Positions 38,651-52,480 are shown, counted from the first letter of the whole stretch. The stretch is 63,933 nt of DNA, filler included, from Octopus bimaculoides (GCF_001194135.2; 6 parts of 5 records of this genome joined end to end with filler, not necessarily neighbours in it); one strand, 5' to 3'. Numbers and translations are program-made. The notes: generated from the sequence alone by a model not told the origin.

Positions 38651-40569
38651 TTCAGCACCCATTCCTATATATCATAACAGTTTGACACAATTTCACATTA
38701 TCTAAAGCTGCATGGACGCGCAACGCATCCACGGCACCGATAAGTAACTTGCAGATAATACGTGATCAGAATGCAAGCCGTAATTTCCAGTTCCCATTAT
38801 AGTAAATACTCTCGTTCTAAGCATCTAAGCATGTGCCATAGGAGTATAGTAAAACGCTCCCACAGGCAGGTGACATATTCTTTTCGGGGAAATACAATAT
38901 GCCGTAAAGATAATTTCGAAATAATTAAATATTTACTTTGGTAGAACTAAGTGCCTTGTTCACGGGTACAAAGATCCACGGGTAACGAGATACATACAGT
39001 GAAATTACAAGTTGATATGTCCAGTTTTATACTATTTCATTCTTAGGGTTTCCATTAAGTTTAAAGTTACCTCAAGCGTTACGCTCAAGTAGGCAGGATA
39101 ATCTCTGAAGTGGTTAGTTTATTCACTTAGAAATAAAGTCTCTACTTAAGCCTTTAAACAGCACTCGTGAATACATACAGCCGCCTCTTCTAGTCATTGA
39201 TCGTCGTCATCACCGCCACTGCTGTGGTCGTTGTTATCGCCATTACCACCGCTATTGTTATCATTGTTGTTGTCTCTCTAAGCTTAAGAAATACTTATTC
39301 ACATCGGTCTAAGGTTCTAATTGTTGGCTGCACTGCTATACAACACAACCACAGACATTTCGTAATAAGAGCTGGTTGAGTCAACAACAAACACTGGGAT
39401 GACTGTAAGTACATAAGTGGCTCTCTGTTATCTTTTCTTGACAAAAGAACTTGAAATCCTAACTACACACTTAAATCGCTCATCATTTATACAATGTAAC
39501 CATTCTTACAAGTGAGCTGTACATGACAAAATGATTTTATTTACAGAAAATAAAACTAGGCCAGTCAGGATTAGTGTCTTCTTCTTGCCTATAGGTATTA
39601 TGCAGTACCGGTAATGATATAGGAATGTTGACATTTCATTGGATAATTCAAAAGCCTATTGGATCAGCTACACTCTACACTATGAACTTATTCCAATAAT
39701 CTTATTCTCTGATAGAAATTTTGCCTCCGGCAAACGTTGGTTCGGTGTGTGATTGCCAAACATTCGACTGGTTCTGTTTTAAAAACATTGACATCATTGA
39801 CATTTCTTTAGCATTTCTGACAGGAATTGCTTTATTGATTTACTTTATTAGTTTGTTTTTCCATGAAGAAGCGAGCGAGTCTTGTGGCCTTCTCAGTCAC
39901 GCCGGGACCAATGGGATTGAAATGGTTAATATTCCTGCTAAACTATTTCAAGCTGGTCGCTGCAGGAAAACATGGTCAAGTGAGAGATTCCAAAAGGCCG
40001 ACGCTTTCGGTAATGTTTGGGCCTGGAATGGTAAATACAATATAACTGACATGAGAAAGAGAAACGAGTGAGTCAGGAATGAAATTAGATGTCACGGGAC
40101 CCCGAGTTCTGTAGGGTTGAAACCATTGCGGTAACAGTAGAATAGACATAGTGAAGAACCAAAATGTCTGTTTACCACCAATCAAATTGTGGGTAAAGAG
40201 AAAAGGGAAAATAAATGTCAAAATAGAGCCTTTAGCTTTTATGTGGTCGCTCGAATTTCTAGAAGTAGCATCCAAATTTTCTTATCACGACACCTGGATG
40301 TGATTAACAAAAGACACATGGTACAGTGTAATCTATATGTATATGAAGTCCTTTGTCTCTCGGCCTGTTCCCAATCCACTCTCAAACGACTCAACCAAAT
40401 CAAATCAAATTTTACATGATAATACTATCAGACCCCGTAAGTGTCAACATGTAGATATTTTTTTGGATTAAAACCAATGCAATATTGGCGCTGGTTCCGT
40501 ATTACGTGTCAAAACTCAAAGAATAAATGTGATAGAATAACATTTATATTGTAATGTGATATATTGCTT

Positions 40570-41308
40570 CACTTTTATACTTTTACTTTTGATTCTAACC
40601 ATGAAAACGACGACAATGTATCTGTGTGTGGATGTATGTGTGTGAGTGTATGAGGGTGTATATGTCTCACAGTGTGTGTGTGTGTGTCATTCCACGTTAG
40701 TTACGTTAATAAACATACTATATGTTTCGCTTTTATACTTTTACTTTAAATTCTAACTACGCGATGACGTGTATGAGCGTATGAGTGTGTATATGTCTCT
40801 CGGTGTGTGTGTCTTCCCGGGTTAGGTACGTTATTAAACATACTATATGTATGCGAGAACTGGTTAAACACGATGACGTCACATTTTGTATATGACTGTG
40901 TATCTGTCTGCGAAACTATGTGTATGAATGTATGAGTGTGTTTATGTCTCACAGTGTGTGTGTCATTCCGCGTTAGGTATTTTATTAAACATACAACGGT
41001 TTACTTTATATTTTTACTTTTAATTCTAGCCACAACGGCGACGACGACGACGTCACATTTTGTATATAAATGTGTATCCGCCTGTGAATGTATGTGTCTG
41101 AGTGTATGAGTGTGTATGTGTCTCACAGTGTGTGTGTGTGTGTCTTTCCGCATTAGGTACGTTATTAAATATACGTTTAACTTTTATATTTCTACTTTTA
41201 ATTCTAACCACAACGGCGAAGACGACTTCACATTCTGTATATGATTGTGTATCTGTCTGTGAATGCATGTGTGTGAGTGTATGAGTGTGTATACGTCTCA
41301 CAATGTGC

Positions 41309-41365
<57 letters not shown>

Positions 41366-41410
41366 CGTGCGTGTGTGTCTTTCCGCGTTTGGTATGTTAA
41401 TAAACACTAT
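40570..41410 (+). repeat. Degenerate tandem array of ~5 units of 150-220 bp; orphan units at 42100-42440
   Basis: Recurring blocks ttttata(c/t)ttttactt..attcta.c, gtgtatatgtctcacagtgtgtg, t(c/t)ccgcgttaggtacgttattaaac. Confidence 0.8.
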
Positions 41411-44400
41411 ATATATGTGAGAGCTGATCAGTGTCAATACGAAATTGTATTTTCATTTCCATTAAAACAATATAACATTTCATAGAGATAGTCTTTCTAT
41501 TTATGGAAATGTACATGCATAGCAAGTGACTTCATCTGAGATCGTGTGCTCGGAACATATACGTATGCAACATTCAACGCAGAAACAATTATACATACAA
41601 CTTGAACGGACACACATATCAGTACATAAACAACATATTTACATGTACATGCACATATACACACACAGACACGTCTACACACTTACCTACGTAAATGATC
41701 ACATATGTACATACATACATATATACATACATACGTAAATGCGCATATGCATGCATGCGCATTTACCCACATACATACGCACGTATATGCATATATGCAT
41801 GCATGTGCATTTACACATACATATACATACTTGGATCCATACACACATACACACGTACTCACATACATACATACATACATACATACATACATACATACAT
41901 AAACACACACACACACATATATATATCATGAAGTAACGGTTACTTTCTGAGATGCAGCAGGACGTTTTGTCTGTGAACAGGTCGCGGTTTCAAAGCGACG
42001 AAAATATTTTGACACAAATGTAATTTAAATGTTGAAGTGAAACTAACGGTTTTTGTGTGTTCTTAAATGGTTTATAAACATCTTCCACGCTGCAACCTTT
42101 TTATCACATTTTTATATGACTGTGTATGTCTGTTAGTGTGTGTAAGTGTTTTAATGTGTATATGTCTCATAGTGTGTAAGTCTTTCCGCGTTAAGTACTT
42201 TATTAAACATACACACACATCTACACATACATATACATATGTAACGATTGACATGCGTGAATGTATGTCTCAGTGTGACTATCTTAGTATATGTATGTGA
42301 GTGTATGCCAGAAACATTTTATACCACGACAATAACGACATCACATTTTGTATATGAGTGTATATCGTACGTTATTAAACACACACGCACATCTACACAT
42401 ACATACACATATGTGACGACTGACATGCCTGAATGCATGTATGTGACGGCTAGAGATGAAACTCTTAAAAAAAACTGAAGTAGCAAGAGGCAAAGCATAA
42501 ACAAAAATACGAATTTACAGTTCCATTACCAGTTAATAATTATCGCAAAAGTTGCAAGCTTGCAAGGTGTTTACAATTCCATATTTACCGTTACACTAAA
42601 AAATTTAAACTATATATAATTCTTAGTCTTTCTGTAATAATTATTGTGGTATTTACCGTTAAATTAGCAGTCCCATACATGTGCTTCTATTTAGTTCATT
42701 TGCTTATACTTCGTTAATTTATACTGCATACAAAAATATAGACGTACTATATAAATACCACGCGGTAAACCATTATGCCTTATTTTTCACATAATTAATT
42801 ACTACATGTTTTCTTATGACTGCATAGGCTCACTTTATGTTTCTTATTCCACAGCCACACTAGCAATTCAATGTCAACCCTTCGCCTTCCGCAACATTTT
42901 AACAGTTCACTTCCCGTTGCCGTCTCCCATTTCAGCCCATTTCCAGAACGTACTCATTTATGCACAATATCTCCATTTCACCATTTCACCTCCATTCATG
43001 CGACGCGTGGTGTTAGGTGCAGCACTGACGGCCTCAAAGGCGACTATATCCACTGACAACTTTTCAGTGGGTTAAAAAGTTACATACCTCCCAATCCCAA
43101 TTTCCCATGATAGCTTAGGGCCTGGAATTTTCCAAACGGACATATTACACGTCACTTAGTGGTATCAGACCATCATTTACTCCTCAAATGTTTTGTCGTT
43201 AATGCAGCACATTCCTGTATCACCTGTTTCACGATAACTAATATATAATCACAAAATATATCATTTTAATGTCGAGCAACACTGGTATTTTTAAAATAGT
43301 TGCAGTTTATATTGATTATTAAAAATTTCTTAGGAAAATCGAAACATCTGTTACAATTTATTGACAAGTTTGGATGCTGAGTGGGAGGCAGACCAAAATA
43401 TTTTCACAGGAAATCGTACTGCTTGTACTATAACACTGTTGCAGTACTGTAATAGCCTGTCACGTTTTTTTTCCCCAGGCGAGCCATTAGTAAAGAAACC
43501 ATCTGTCACAGCATTTATACAGGACACTACAAGTAACTAATGCATAACACCGTCAAATCTTTCATGTGTACATGTTTGTGCATCGCATAGATATTCATGC
43601 TTTTCATCTGAGACCTCTTCATATATACATATGTGTGTGTGTATATATATATATATACATATATATATATANNNNNNNNNNNNNNNNNNNNNNNNNNNNN
43701 NNNNNNNNNNNNNNNNNNNNNNNNNNNNNNNNNNNNNNNNNNNNNNNNNNNNNNNNNNNNNNNNNNNNNNNNNNNNNNNNNNNNNNNNNNNNNNNNNNNN
43801 NNNNNNNNNNNNNNNNNNNNNNNNNNNNNNNNNNNNNNNNNNNNNNNNNNNNNNNNNNNNNNNNNNNNNNNNNNNNNNNNNNNNNNNNNNNNNNNNNNNN
43901 NNNNNNNNNNNNNNNNNNNNNNNNNNNNNNNNNNNNNNNNNNNNNNNNNNNNNNNNNNNNNNNNNNNNNNNNNNNNNNNNNNNNNNNNNNNNNNNNNNNN
44001 NNNNNNNNNNNNNNNNNNNNNNNNNNNNNNNNNNNNNNNNNNNNNNNNNNNNNNNNNNNNNNNNNNNNNNNNNNNNNNNNNNNNNNNNNNNNNNNNNNNN
44101 NNNNNNNNNNNNNNNNNNNNNNNNNNNNNNNNNNNNNNNNNNNNNNNNNNNNNNNNNNNNNNNNNNNNNNNNNNNNNNNNNNNNNNNNNNNNNNNNNNNN
44201 NNNNNNNNNNNNNNNNNNNNNNNNNNNNNNNNNNNNNNNNNNNNNNNNNNNNNNNNNNNNNNNNNNNNNNNNNNNNNNNNNNNNNNNNNNNNNNNNNNNN
44301 NNNNNNNNNNNNNNNNNNNNNNNNNNNNNNNNNNNNNNNNNNNNNNNNNNNNNNNNNNNNNNNNNNNNNNNNNNNNNNNNNNNNNNNNNNNNNNNNNNNN

Positions 44401-44503
44401 NNNNNNNNNNNNNNNNNNNNNNNNNNNNNNNNNNNNNNNNNNNNNNNNNNNNNNNNNNNNNNNNNNNNNNNNNNNNNNNNNNNNCATACATACATACATA
44501 CAA

Positions 44504-44534
<31 letters not shown>

Positions 44535-44688
44535 CATACATACATACATACATACATACATACATACATACATGTATATGTATGTATCATAGAGAGTGAG
44601 AAAAAGTGGTCGAAAGACAGATACCTAGTGAGAGAGAGAAACAGAGGGAAAAAAGAAATAAAGAAAGAAAGAAAGGAAGAAAGAAATA

Positions 44689-44732
<44 letters not shown>

Positions 44733-45163
44733 GCAAGAGTATAAATGACATTGCTTTCTAATAAATGTTAATAATTCCTGCTTCCACCATTGGTGAGACT
44801 TAGAGCAGAAATTCTGCATTCACAAGGGTTAATTCAGCAAACTAAGGCAGAGAGCAAACGCTCAGTTTATTGGGCAAAAATGCCATATGTTTAAGACTAA
44901 TTCGAGATACAGTCCGTCGACTGATTTGTTTCGATTTCCGGTGAGATGTATTATGGTCCTCACTTGATTTATTTGGAAAGCATAGAATTTCATAATTAAC
45001 TTATAATTCTATAGACTTTATATGCATACATACATACATACATACATACATACATACATACATAATACAATATTAGGATAGAGACTTTATAAGAATTTAT
45101 GAAGTAGTTAGCGTGAAAAAACCTCATAAGGAAAAAAAAAAACATCATTTTTGTCTATAAATA

Positions 45164-45304
45164 TATTTAATTTATATAAGGGCATTACTATACAATAATG
45201 CCTCACGCTACGAGGGGCTGTGCTTATTTTGGTAGTTTTGACTTATGGAGACCCTCGTAGCGTGAGGCATTATTGTATAGTAATGCCCCTATATAAATTA
45301 AATA
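45164..45304. repeat. 141-nt near-perfect hairpin (MITE-like)
   Basis: Arms 45164-45216 and 45252-45304: 53 bp, 1 mismatch, 35-nt loop. Confidence 0.9.
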
Positions 45305-45337
45305 CATACATACATACATGCATACATACATATAAAA

Positions 45338-45665
45338 AATGGACTGAGAAGATGATGCATAGGTACTTGGCACAAAAGTCAAAACTATATGAAGAACAGA
45401 TATCAAAAGCTTGATATGGGGAACCGATAAGTTTGACATTCCACATTGAAGACTACCTCCATGCATTTCAAGAAGAGGAGATCCTCATCAAGTACTTGCG
45501 GCACACATAATAGGCAGAAAATATTGACAGACAACAAATGCAGGCTGTGGAGGACAAAGACTGAAGACACCAACCACATAATTGTCAGCTGCGAGAGCAT
45601 GTCTTCTGGATATTATCTTCTCGTGAGGCAAGATGTGGTAGACAAAACAATCTGGAACATAGTAA
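45338..45665 (+). mobile_element. Non-LTR retrotransposon fragment, CCHC zinc-knuckle region (R4/Dong-like), decayed
   Basis: WTEKMMHRY...EDYLHAFQEEEI...DNKCRLWRTKTEDTNHIIVSCESMSSGYYLLVRQDVVDKTIW resembles W..K.MHG..QEQ.I.T..D.KCRLC....E...HI.SGC....Y..RHD.VAK.IH. Frameshifted. Confidence 0.7.
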
Positions 45666-46090
45666 GAAAAAATGCCAATAGCCGATGTTGATTCTATTGA
45701 GACTGATGGGTTAAAAGAATATTTGTGGAACTTGAAAATTAAAATTGCCATCAATTTAAAGCACAAGCTGCTAAATAATATTGTGCCGGGACTCAAGAAA
45801 ATAAGCTATAGAAATCAGCCAGGGTTGAAAATGAACACACGAGATGATACATATGGAGAAAAAGTCGAGGTAGAAAATATTAAAATAATTTTACAAAAAA
45901 CATTTCAGTACCGGTTTCTGTCATTGAGACTTTTTCAACTGTAAATATGGAAAGCAATTAAATTTTGGAAAAATTAAAAGAAAAGTTTTTTTAAAAGAAT
46001 ATTTGCATAGTATTCAATTACAAGGGGCATTTTCCGTGTTTCTGCCTGTCTCTGTCTCTCTTGTGGGTTCTAGGTCGTTTTGATTTCTTG

Positions 46091-46146
46091 GAAGAAGAAG
46101 AAGAAGAAGAAGAAGAAGAAGAAGAAGAAGAAGAAGAAGAAGAAGA
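46091..46146. repeat. (GAA)n microsatellite abutting a gap
   Basis: Direct reading. Confidence 0.95.
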
Positions 46147-46765
46147 NNNNNNNNNNNNNNNNNNNNNNNNNNNNNNNNNNNNNNNNNNNNNNNNNNNNNN
46201 NNNNNNNNNNNNNNNNNNNNNNNNNNNNNNNNNNNNNNNNNNNNNNNNNNNNNNNNNNNNNNNNNNNNNNNNNNNNNNNNNNNNNNNNNNNNNNNNNNNN
46301 NNNNNNNNNNNNNNNNNNNNNNNNNNNNNNNNNNNNNNNNNNNNNNNNNNNNNNNNNNNNNNNNNNNNNNNNNNNNNNNNNNNNNNNNNNNNNNNNNNNN
46401 NNNNNNNNNNNNNNNNNNNNNNNNNNNNNNNNNNNNNNNNNNNNNNNNNNNNNNNNNNNNNNNNNNNNNNNNNNNNNNNNNNNNNNNNNNNNNNNNNNNN
46501 NNNNNNNNNNTTAAGTAAATATCTACATTTATATTTTCTCGCTAAAACTCATTTCGCCTCGTGGCTGGCCTGCTTCGGCTTGGATGGCTATATATATATA
46601 CTTATTCACGCTGATCAGTGTATATATTTAATATATGTTTGCGTAGATATGTGTGTATGCTTATTAAGGATTTATATAGCGTATGTTTTCACAGACGTCC
46701 GATAATTAAAAATCATAGATTCAAACAACAGGATTATGTTTGCACTATTTTAGACCCACTCTGAA

Positions 46766-47100
46766 GGTAGCGATTTGGCAAGATAATTGGAGCGTCGAAC
46801 AAAATAGCTCGTGGTATTTTTTCCAGTTCTTTATGCTCTGAGTTCAGATACTTTGCTTCCATTCCTCCAAGGTCGATAAAACACAGCCCTGTGGCCAGTG
46901 CTATCGGTTAATTCCTTCTCTCAAAAATGCTCTCGCCTAAATCAGAAACCATTAATGATCTTCTGCTCAAAGGTGTTAGAATGATAAAATCATTAGAGCG
47001 ACAAACAAAATGCTTTGCATTATTTGTTCCGGCTACATACATTTTGAGTTCAATCCCTCATCAGGCCAGACTTACCTGTCATCCTTTCATCATCATCTTC
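46766..47100 (+). mobile_element. Two diverged copies of the 33821-type SINE
   Basis: ggcaagataattggagcgtcg..ctctgagttcagat..ggtcgataaa..cctaaatcagaaacc; then ttttgagttcaat..tcatcctttc. Confidence 0.55.
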
Positions 47101-47534
47101 TATCCCTGACTATTATTGTCTCGAGTCCTATGACTCATAGGTACGGTTAAACGGTTCCCATGGCGTATAAATGACCAAAATCACAACTCCCCTGAACGGG
47201 AGTGTGTGTACATGACTGTACGTGTAGAGAATTATGCATGTGTATATATATATCAGAATTTATATATCAAGATTGATATATAGATATGTCTGTTCATAAA
47301 TACATATAAATGGTATTGCTATCAGATGAGTGTGATAATTGTAGGGAATATGTCATGCATATACGTTACTCATATGTTTATACATTTACACAAATACGCA
47401 ACTCTGTTTATATGCATGCACGCGCGCGCGCGCACATACATATACTGACCGAAACTTCGAAGTCACTGTCAGTAATATTCATGTTTAAGAATCGCATGGT
47501 TATTCATCTACAGCTGTGTGAACTGGCGTAACAT

Positions 47535-47760
47535 AAAATGAAGAGTTCTGCTCAAGAACACCACACACCACACTTATTCCGGAATCGAAACCATGATCGT
47601 TTGGTTGTGAGTGCAAAACCCTAACCACTGAGTCACCTGCCTTCACTTTAATCCTTTCGGAGTCGATAAAATATAGTATTAGTCAAGTACCGTATTCGAT
47701 GATATCCATTAATTACCTCTTCCTAAAACTGCTGGCCTTGAGCCTAAATCAGAAACAGTT
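47535..47760. mobile_element. SINE head (-, 47535-47646) abutting a SINE 3' part (+, 47650-47760)
   Basis: gctcaagaacac..ggaatcgaaacc..taaccactgag..ccttcac, followed by atcctttcggagtcgataaa..gctggccttgagcctaaatcagaaac. Confidence 0.65.
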
Positions 47761-47954
47761 ATGGGCCTTCTTTTTCCCCCGATTGTTCTTGTGCTTACAT
47801 TCCATTAGAGTGGATTATCCTTTGAATCTCTCCAGCGAACTAAATCTAGTAAAGAGTAATCTTACTCTTTTTTTTTATCCTTGACCGTTTCATCCCTTAT
47901 TGATTTCTAACCACAACACTGGCAAATCCTAACTAATTCTGCAATGCTCCCTTT

Positions 47955-48022
<68 letters not shown>

Positions 48023-48538
48023 CTCTCTTTCTCTCTCTCTCTCTCAATCACTCTGTCTCTCCTCAGTCTGACATCTACCTCGAACAGAAGCCATTACCGT
48101 AAAATGGTACTTGGTATCAACGAAGAATAAGTTAAAGAGAGAAAGAAATTTCAATACATTGCAAATGCTTAAGTCGGCTGCCGTAGGGAAATCGGATGTT
48201 ATTTCGTCCTTCAAAATGAATGTTTCATAGAAGGAACACAAAGGGAATCGGGGTAGTTTAGTTATTATTGTAACACGGTGCATTGGTATCAGATGAGTGT
48301 GATAATTGTAGCGAATATGTTAAAAGAACAAATGGGAATATTACAGCGCAACATGCAGCACATAATGGATATATAGCCTTGATGATAGATAAAGACGGTT
48401 ATATGCATGCTTACTCATATACGACATATAAGGATATATACAGAATATACATTCATACAAACAAGCACACATATTCGTACATATGTATCTGGGTTTCTAT
48501 ATAAGTGCGTATAGATACATATGTACATATACATTGGA

Positions 48539-48595
<57 letters not shown>

Positions 48596-48644
48596 GGGGA
48601 AACCAAAAGGAATAAATTAGATAGATACAATATAATTGTATCTT

Positions 48645-48694
<50 letters not shown>

Positions 48695-49287
48695 GTAAGA
48701 GAGAGAGAGATACACACATATATTTAGTGTATAGAAGGGCTTATGAACCAAGCTGTGTCCTCGTGAAGCACATCTGCACGTTTCATTAATCGAATGCATG
48801 TGTATAGCTGTGTTATTTAAATGGGGCATACATGGTCGTTGAAAGTTTGGGTGGATCGTAGTCGAAGTGTATATATTAACTCAAAGACTGTATAATTAAA
48901 AATATACGTCTATAAGACTTTTTTAATATATGTGTCTGTGTGAGTGTGTATGTGTATGCGTGTGTGTGTGTATGTATTTCTTTCTTTTTCTTTTCTTCCT
49001 CTCTTTTGTCACTTTTGCTATGAATTAAATTAATGAATTCAACGGGATACACCGTCTGCAAGTAGTTGGGTTCAGCATATTATCCTCCATTTTCTAATTG
49101 TTACACAAATTTTGGGTAAAACCTCCACTTTTACCCGCTCCCATTGATTGCACCTAGTATAGCACTAGTGTAGCAATAATTGGGTACCCTCCCAGCAGTA
49201 TACTGGATAGATACTATCCCTTAGTGGGTTGTACCCCCAACCCCTAACTCTCTCACGTTATAATTGACTGAGGGCTATTGGTTGTTA

Positions 49288-49343
<56 letters not shown>

Positions 49344-49344
49344 A

Positions 49345-50211
49345 ACGAGGTGTGTTTCATAGTCCAACAATATTTTTCCCGTCAAAACTAATGCCTCGTG
49401 GGAAAATTCCTTTGGTTGGAAAATAACGCCACCCTTCCTACCCACGAGCAAAAATTTTCGCGTCGGTTGGCTGCGTCAGTTTCAGGCTGTTACGCCTAGA
49501 GTACCGGCGTGTGGTGCGCGTTCGTAAGATTCTCGTTTTCATGCAGGATGACCGAACGCAGAATGACCGAACGCACGATGACCGAACGCACGGTAACCAT
49601 AAATCCATGTCTCATCATCAATGATGATGGTTTTCATGAAGTCTGGGTTGTGGTTTGCATAGTCATGTATGTACTGTGCGATTTCTGTGTGGAGTTGAAT
49701 CTGTTGCTCCACCAGCGACTTGGGGACGAATTTCGCCTATACTTTCTGCATGTTCTAGCCCTCCGTTAAAATTCAATGCACTGATCCTGTGCTCATTCGT
49801 GAGTAATTTCCTGGATTGTTACACGACGGCATTTCATGACTATTTACCGTACCTTCTCAGTGGGCTCCTCGTTTTCGTTTCCGCTTCTGGATAGCCTGTT
49901 TGAACTTGCCTCGCTCCCCACTGAGGTGTGACCATGTTTGAAGCGGTTGTGCAACTCCATGATCTGAGATTTTTCCCCTCCCATCATCGTCCAAGATCTT
50001 CTGATTCTTCTAGTTAGTTTGAGCATGAGAATCATCAAGCTTTTAACAAAACTTCATGCAACATCCCTGCTCGATGTGTTCGAACATCCCAAGAGCGCGC
50101 TCTATACGTCTGTAATCTTGATATATTACCTCTCACTCAAAAGATTTTGCCTATGCAGGATTAGTTTTGATGGGGAAAAAGTTAAATCTGATACCTTTTG
50201 AACGAACCCTG
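49345..50211. mobile_element. Rearranged mariner: 5' end on + (49345-49592), transposase N-terminal half inverted (49593-50082, -), right terminus ..CCCTG|TA
   Basis: The minus frames read EHIEQGCCMKFC*KL..HNRFKHGHTSVGSEASSNRLSRSGNE..AKFVPKSL..PDFMKTIIIDDETWIYGY (mariner HTH and TGDETWVYGY). The + strand has a TIR-like acgaggtgtgtt and ATGACCGAACGC (MTER) at 49548. Confidence 0.8.
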
Positions 50212-50364
50212 TATGTATGCATTTAGATATTGGATTATATGACAATATCTGCATAGATTCTTTCAAGCATAACCAACATAGAACATTTTGGTCTTAGTAT
50301 AGCAGACGCGAGTCACTTGTCATACATAACTATTACATCATGAGACGGAATATTTTTATATGTA

Positions 50365-50396
<32 letters not shown>

Positions 50397-50977
50397 NNNN
50401 NNNNNNNNNNNNNNNNNNNNNNNNNNNNNNNNNNNNNNNNNNNNNNNNNNNNNNNNNNNNNNNNNNNNNNNNNNNNNNNNNNNNNNNNNNNNNNNNNNNN
50501 NNNNNNNNNNNNNNNNNNNNNNNNNNNNNNNNNNNNNNNNNNNNNNNNNNNNNNNNNNNNNNNNNNNNNNNNNNNNNNNNNNNNNNNNNNNNNNNNNNNN
50601 NNNNNNNNNNNNNNNNNNNNNNNNNNNNNNNNNNNNNNNNNNNNNNNNNNNNNNNNNNNNNNNNNNNNNNNNNNNNNNNNNNNNNNNNNNNNNNNNNNNN
50701 NNNNNNNNNNNNNNNNNNNNNNNNNNNNNNNNNNNNNNNNNNNNNNNNNNNNNNNNNNNNNNNNNNNNNNNNNNNNNNNNNNNNNNNNNNNNNNNNNNNN
50801 NNNNNNNNNNNNNNNNNNNNNNNNNNNNNNNNNNNNNNNNNNNNNNNNNNNNNNNNNNNNNNNNNNNNNNNNNNNNNNNNNNNNNNNNNNNNNNNNNNNN
50901 NNNNNNNNNNNNNNNNNNNNNNNNNNNNNNNNNNNNNNNNNNNNNNNNNNNNNNNNNNNNNNNNNNNNNNNNNNNNN

Positions 50978-51020
<43 letters not shown>

Positions 51021-51817
51021 CATTAACAACCAACGCTTAATACTATTTCGTATCTATCTGTTTAATGAATTTCCTCAGATACGGCTAGCGTTTGCTATAG
51101 TAATAGCAAGCCACGTAGAAGCCAGTAATCCTATTGTCCAGGCACTTCATCCTAATTTATATATCATCTGCTTTAAGAATTACTCTGTCGTTATCCAAAC
51201 TATATACGATATAACATCAAACCACACATGCTGGCTTTACTACATCGACAGTTTTAATGAAATTCTCGGATGTGTTTAGCATTTTGAGTTACAAACCACG
51301 TAGCTGGAACATAATCCAGCCAGCCACTGAGTCTCACACTAACTCGGCAAATAAGTATCGTTGAAATAACTAGAACACAAGCTTGGTGTAATATCAATGA
51401 AGTCTTCATCCGAGTAACGGTAGAACTCTAATTGTTAGCGGAACGTTGATGTTGTCACTCATGACATTTCTCTCCCAAATGCAATAAATATTGATCTTAC
51501 ATGAGACATAGACAGCAATAATTTCATTATCTTTCTTCGATGTATTAAAACCTATGAATATAATTGGTTTCATGAATGTCATACATGTCTCTGCTTATAA
51601 GAACGTATATATGGATGTACGTCGCTGATGTACTTGTGTTTAGCTGTACACAAACACACACAAATACACACACACACACACTCACACACACACACATATA
51701 TATGCATACATACATAGAAGTAGAAACATACATGCTATCATGTAATATATGGGTGCCTATATAAGTATATAGATGAATCTCTAAATTATCATGCACTGTT
51801 ACGCAAACGCGCGTGTA

Positions 51818-51855
<38 letters not shown>

Positions 51856-52020
51856 GGCGCAGGAGTGGCTGTGTGGTAAGTAGCTTGCTTACCAACCACA
51901 TGGTTCTAGGTTCAGTCCCACTGCGTGGCACCTTGGGCAAGTATCTTCTACTATAGCCTCGGGCCGACCAAAGCCTTGTGAGTGGATTTGGTAGACGGAA
52001 ACTGAAATAAGCCCGTCGTA
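51856..52020 (+). mobile_element. Young tRNA-derived SINE 5' half with Pol III A/B boxes
   Basis: A-box-like tggctgtgtgg at 51866-51876 and B-box-like ggttcagtccc at 51909-51919. It runs into (TA)n and resembles abundant octopus tRNA-SINE families. Confidence 0.9.
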
Positions 52021-52083
<63 letters not shown>

Positions 52084-52480
52084 ATATGTATATAATAATA
52101 TTTATATATAAAGATAGACATATAGATAGATACGTCTGTGCATAAATACGTATAAATATATAAACATACATATACATAGCCTCATATATACGTATATATA
52201 TTTACACACGCGCAATTCTATGTGTATACGTGTATGTATATGCATACATGTACCTATACATACGCTGGCCGAACCTTCAATGTCACAATCAATTATATTC
52301 TTGGTTAAGAATAATAAATTTGTACTCTTCAGATTAATGTAAAATTGTTTGTATTACAATTAAACATAAAAACAAACATTAATATATATGTGTGTGTGGG
52401 TGTGGGTGTGGGTGTGTGTGTGTATGTATGCATGTATGTATGTATGTATCTATCTATCTATCCATCTATATGTGTGTGTT

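Noticed and set aside
51856-51925. Possible tRNA gene
   Set aside because: A/B boxes are present, but it continues directly into the SINE body and does not close a cloverleaf.
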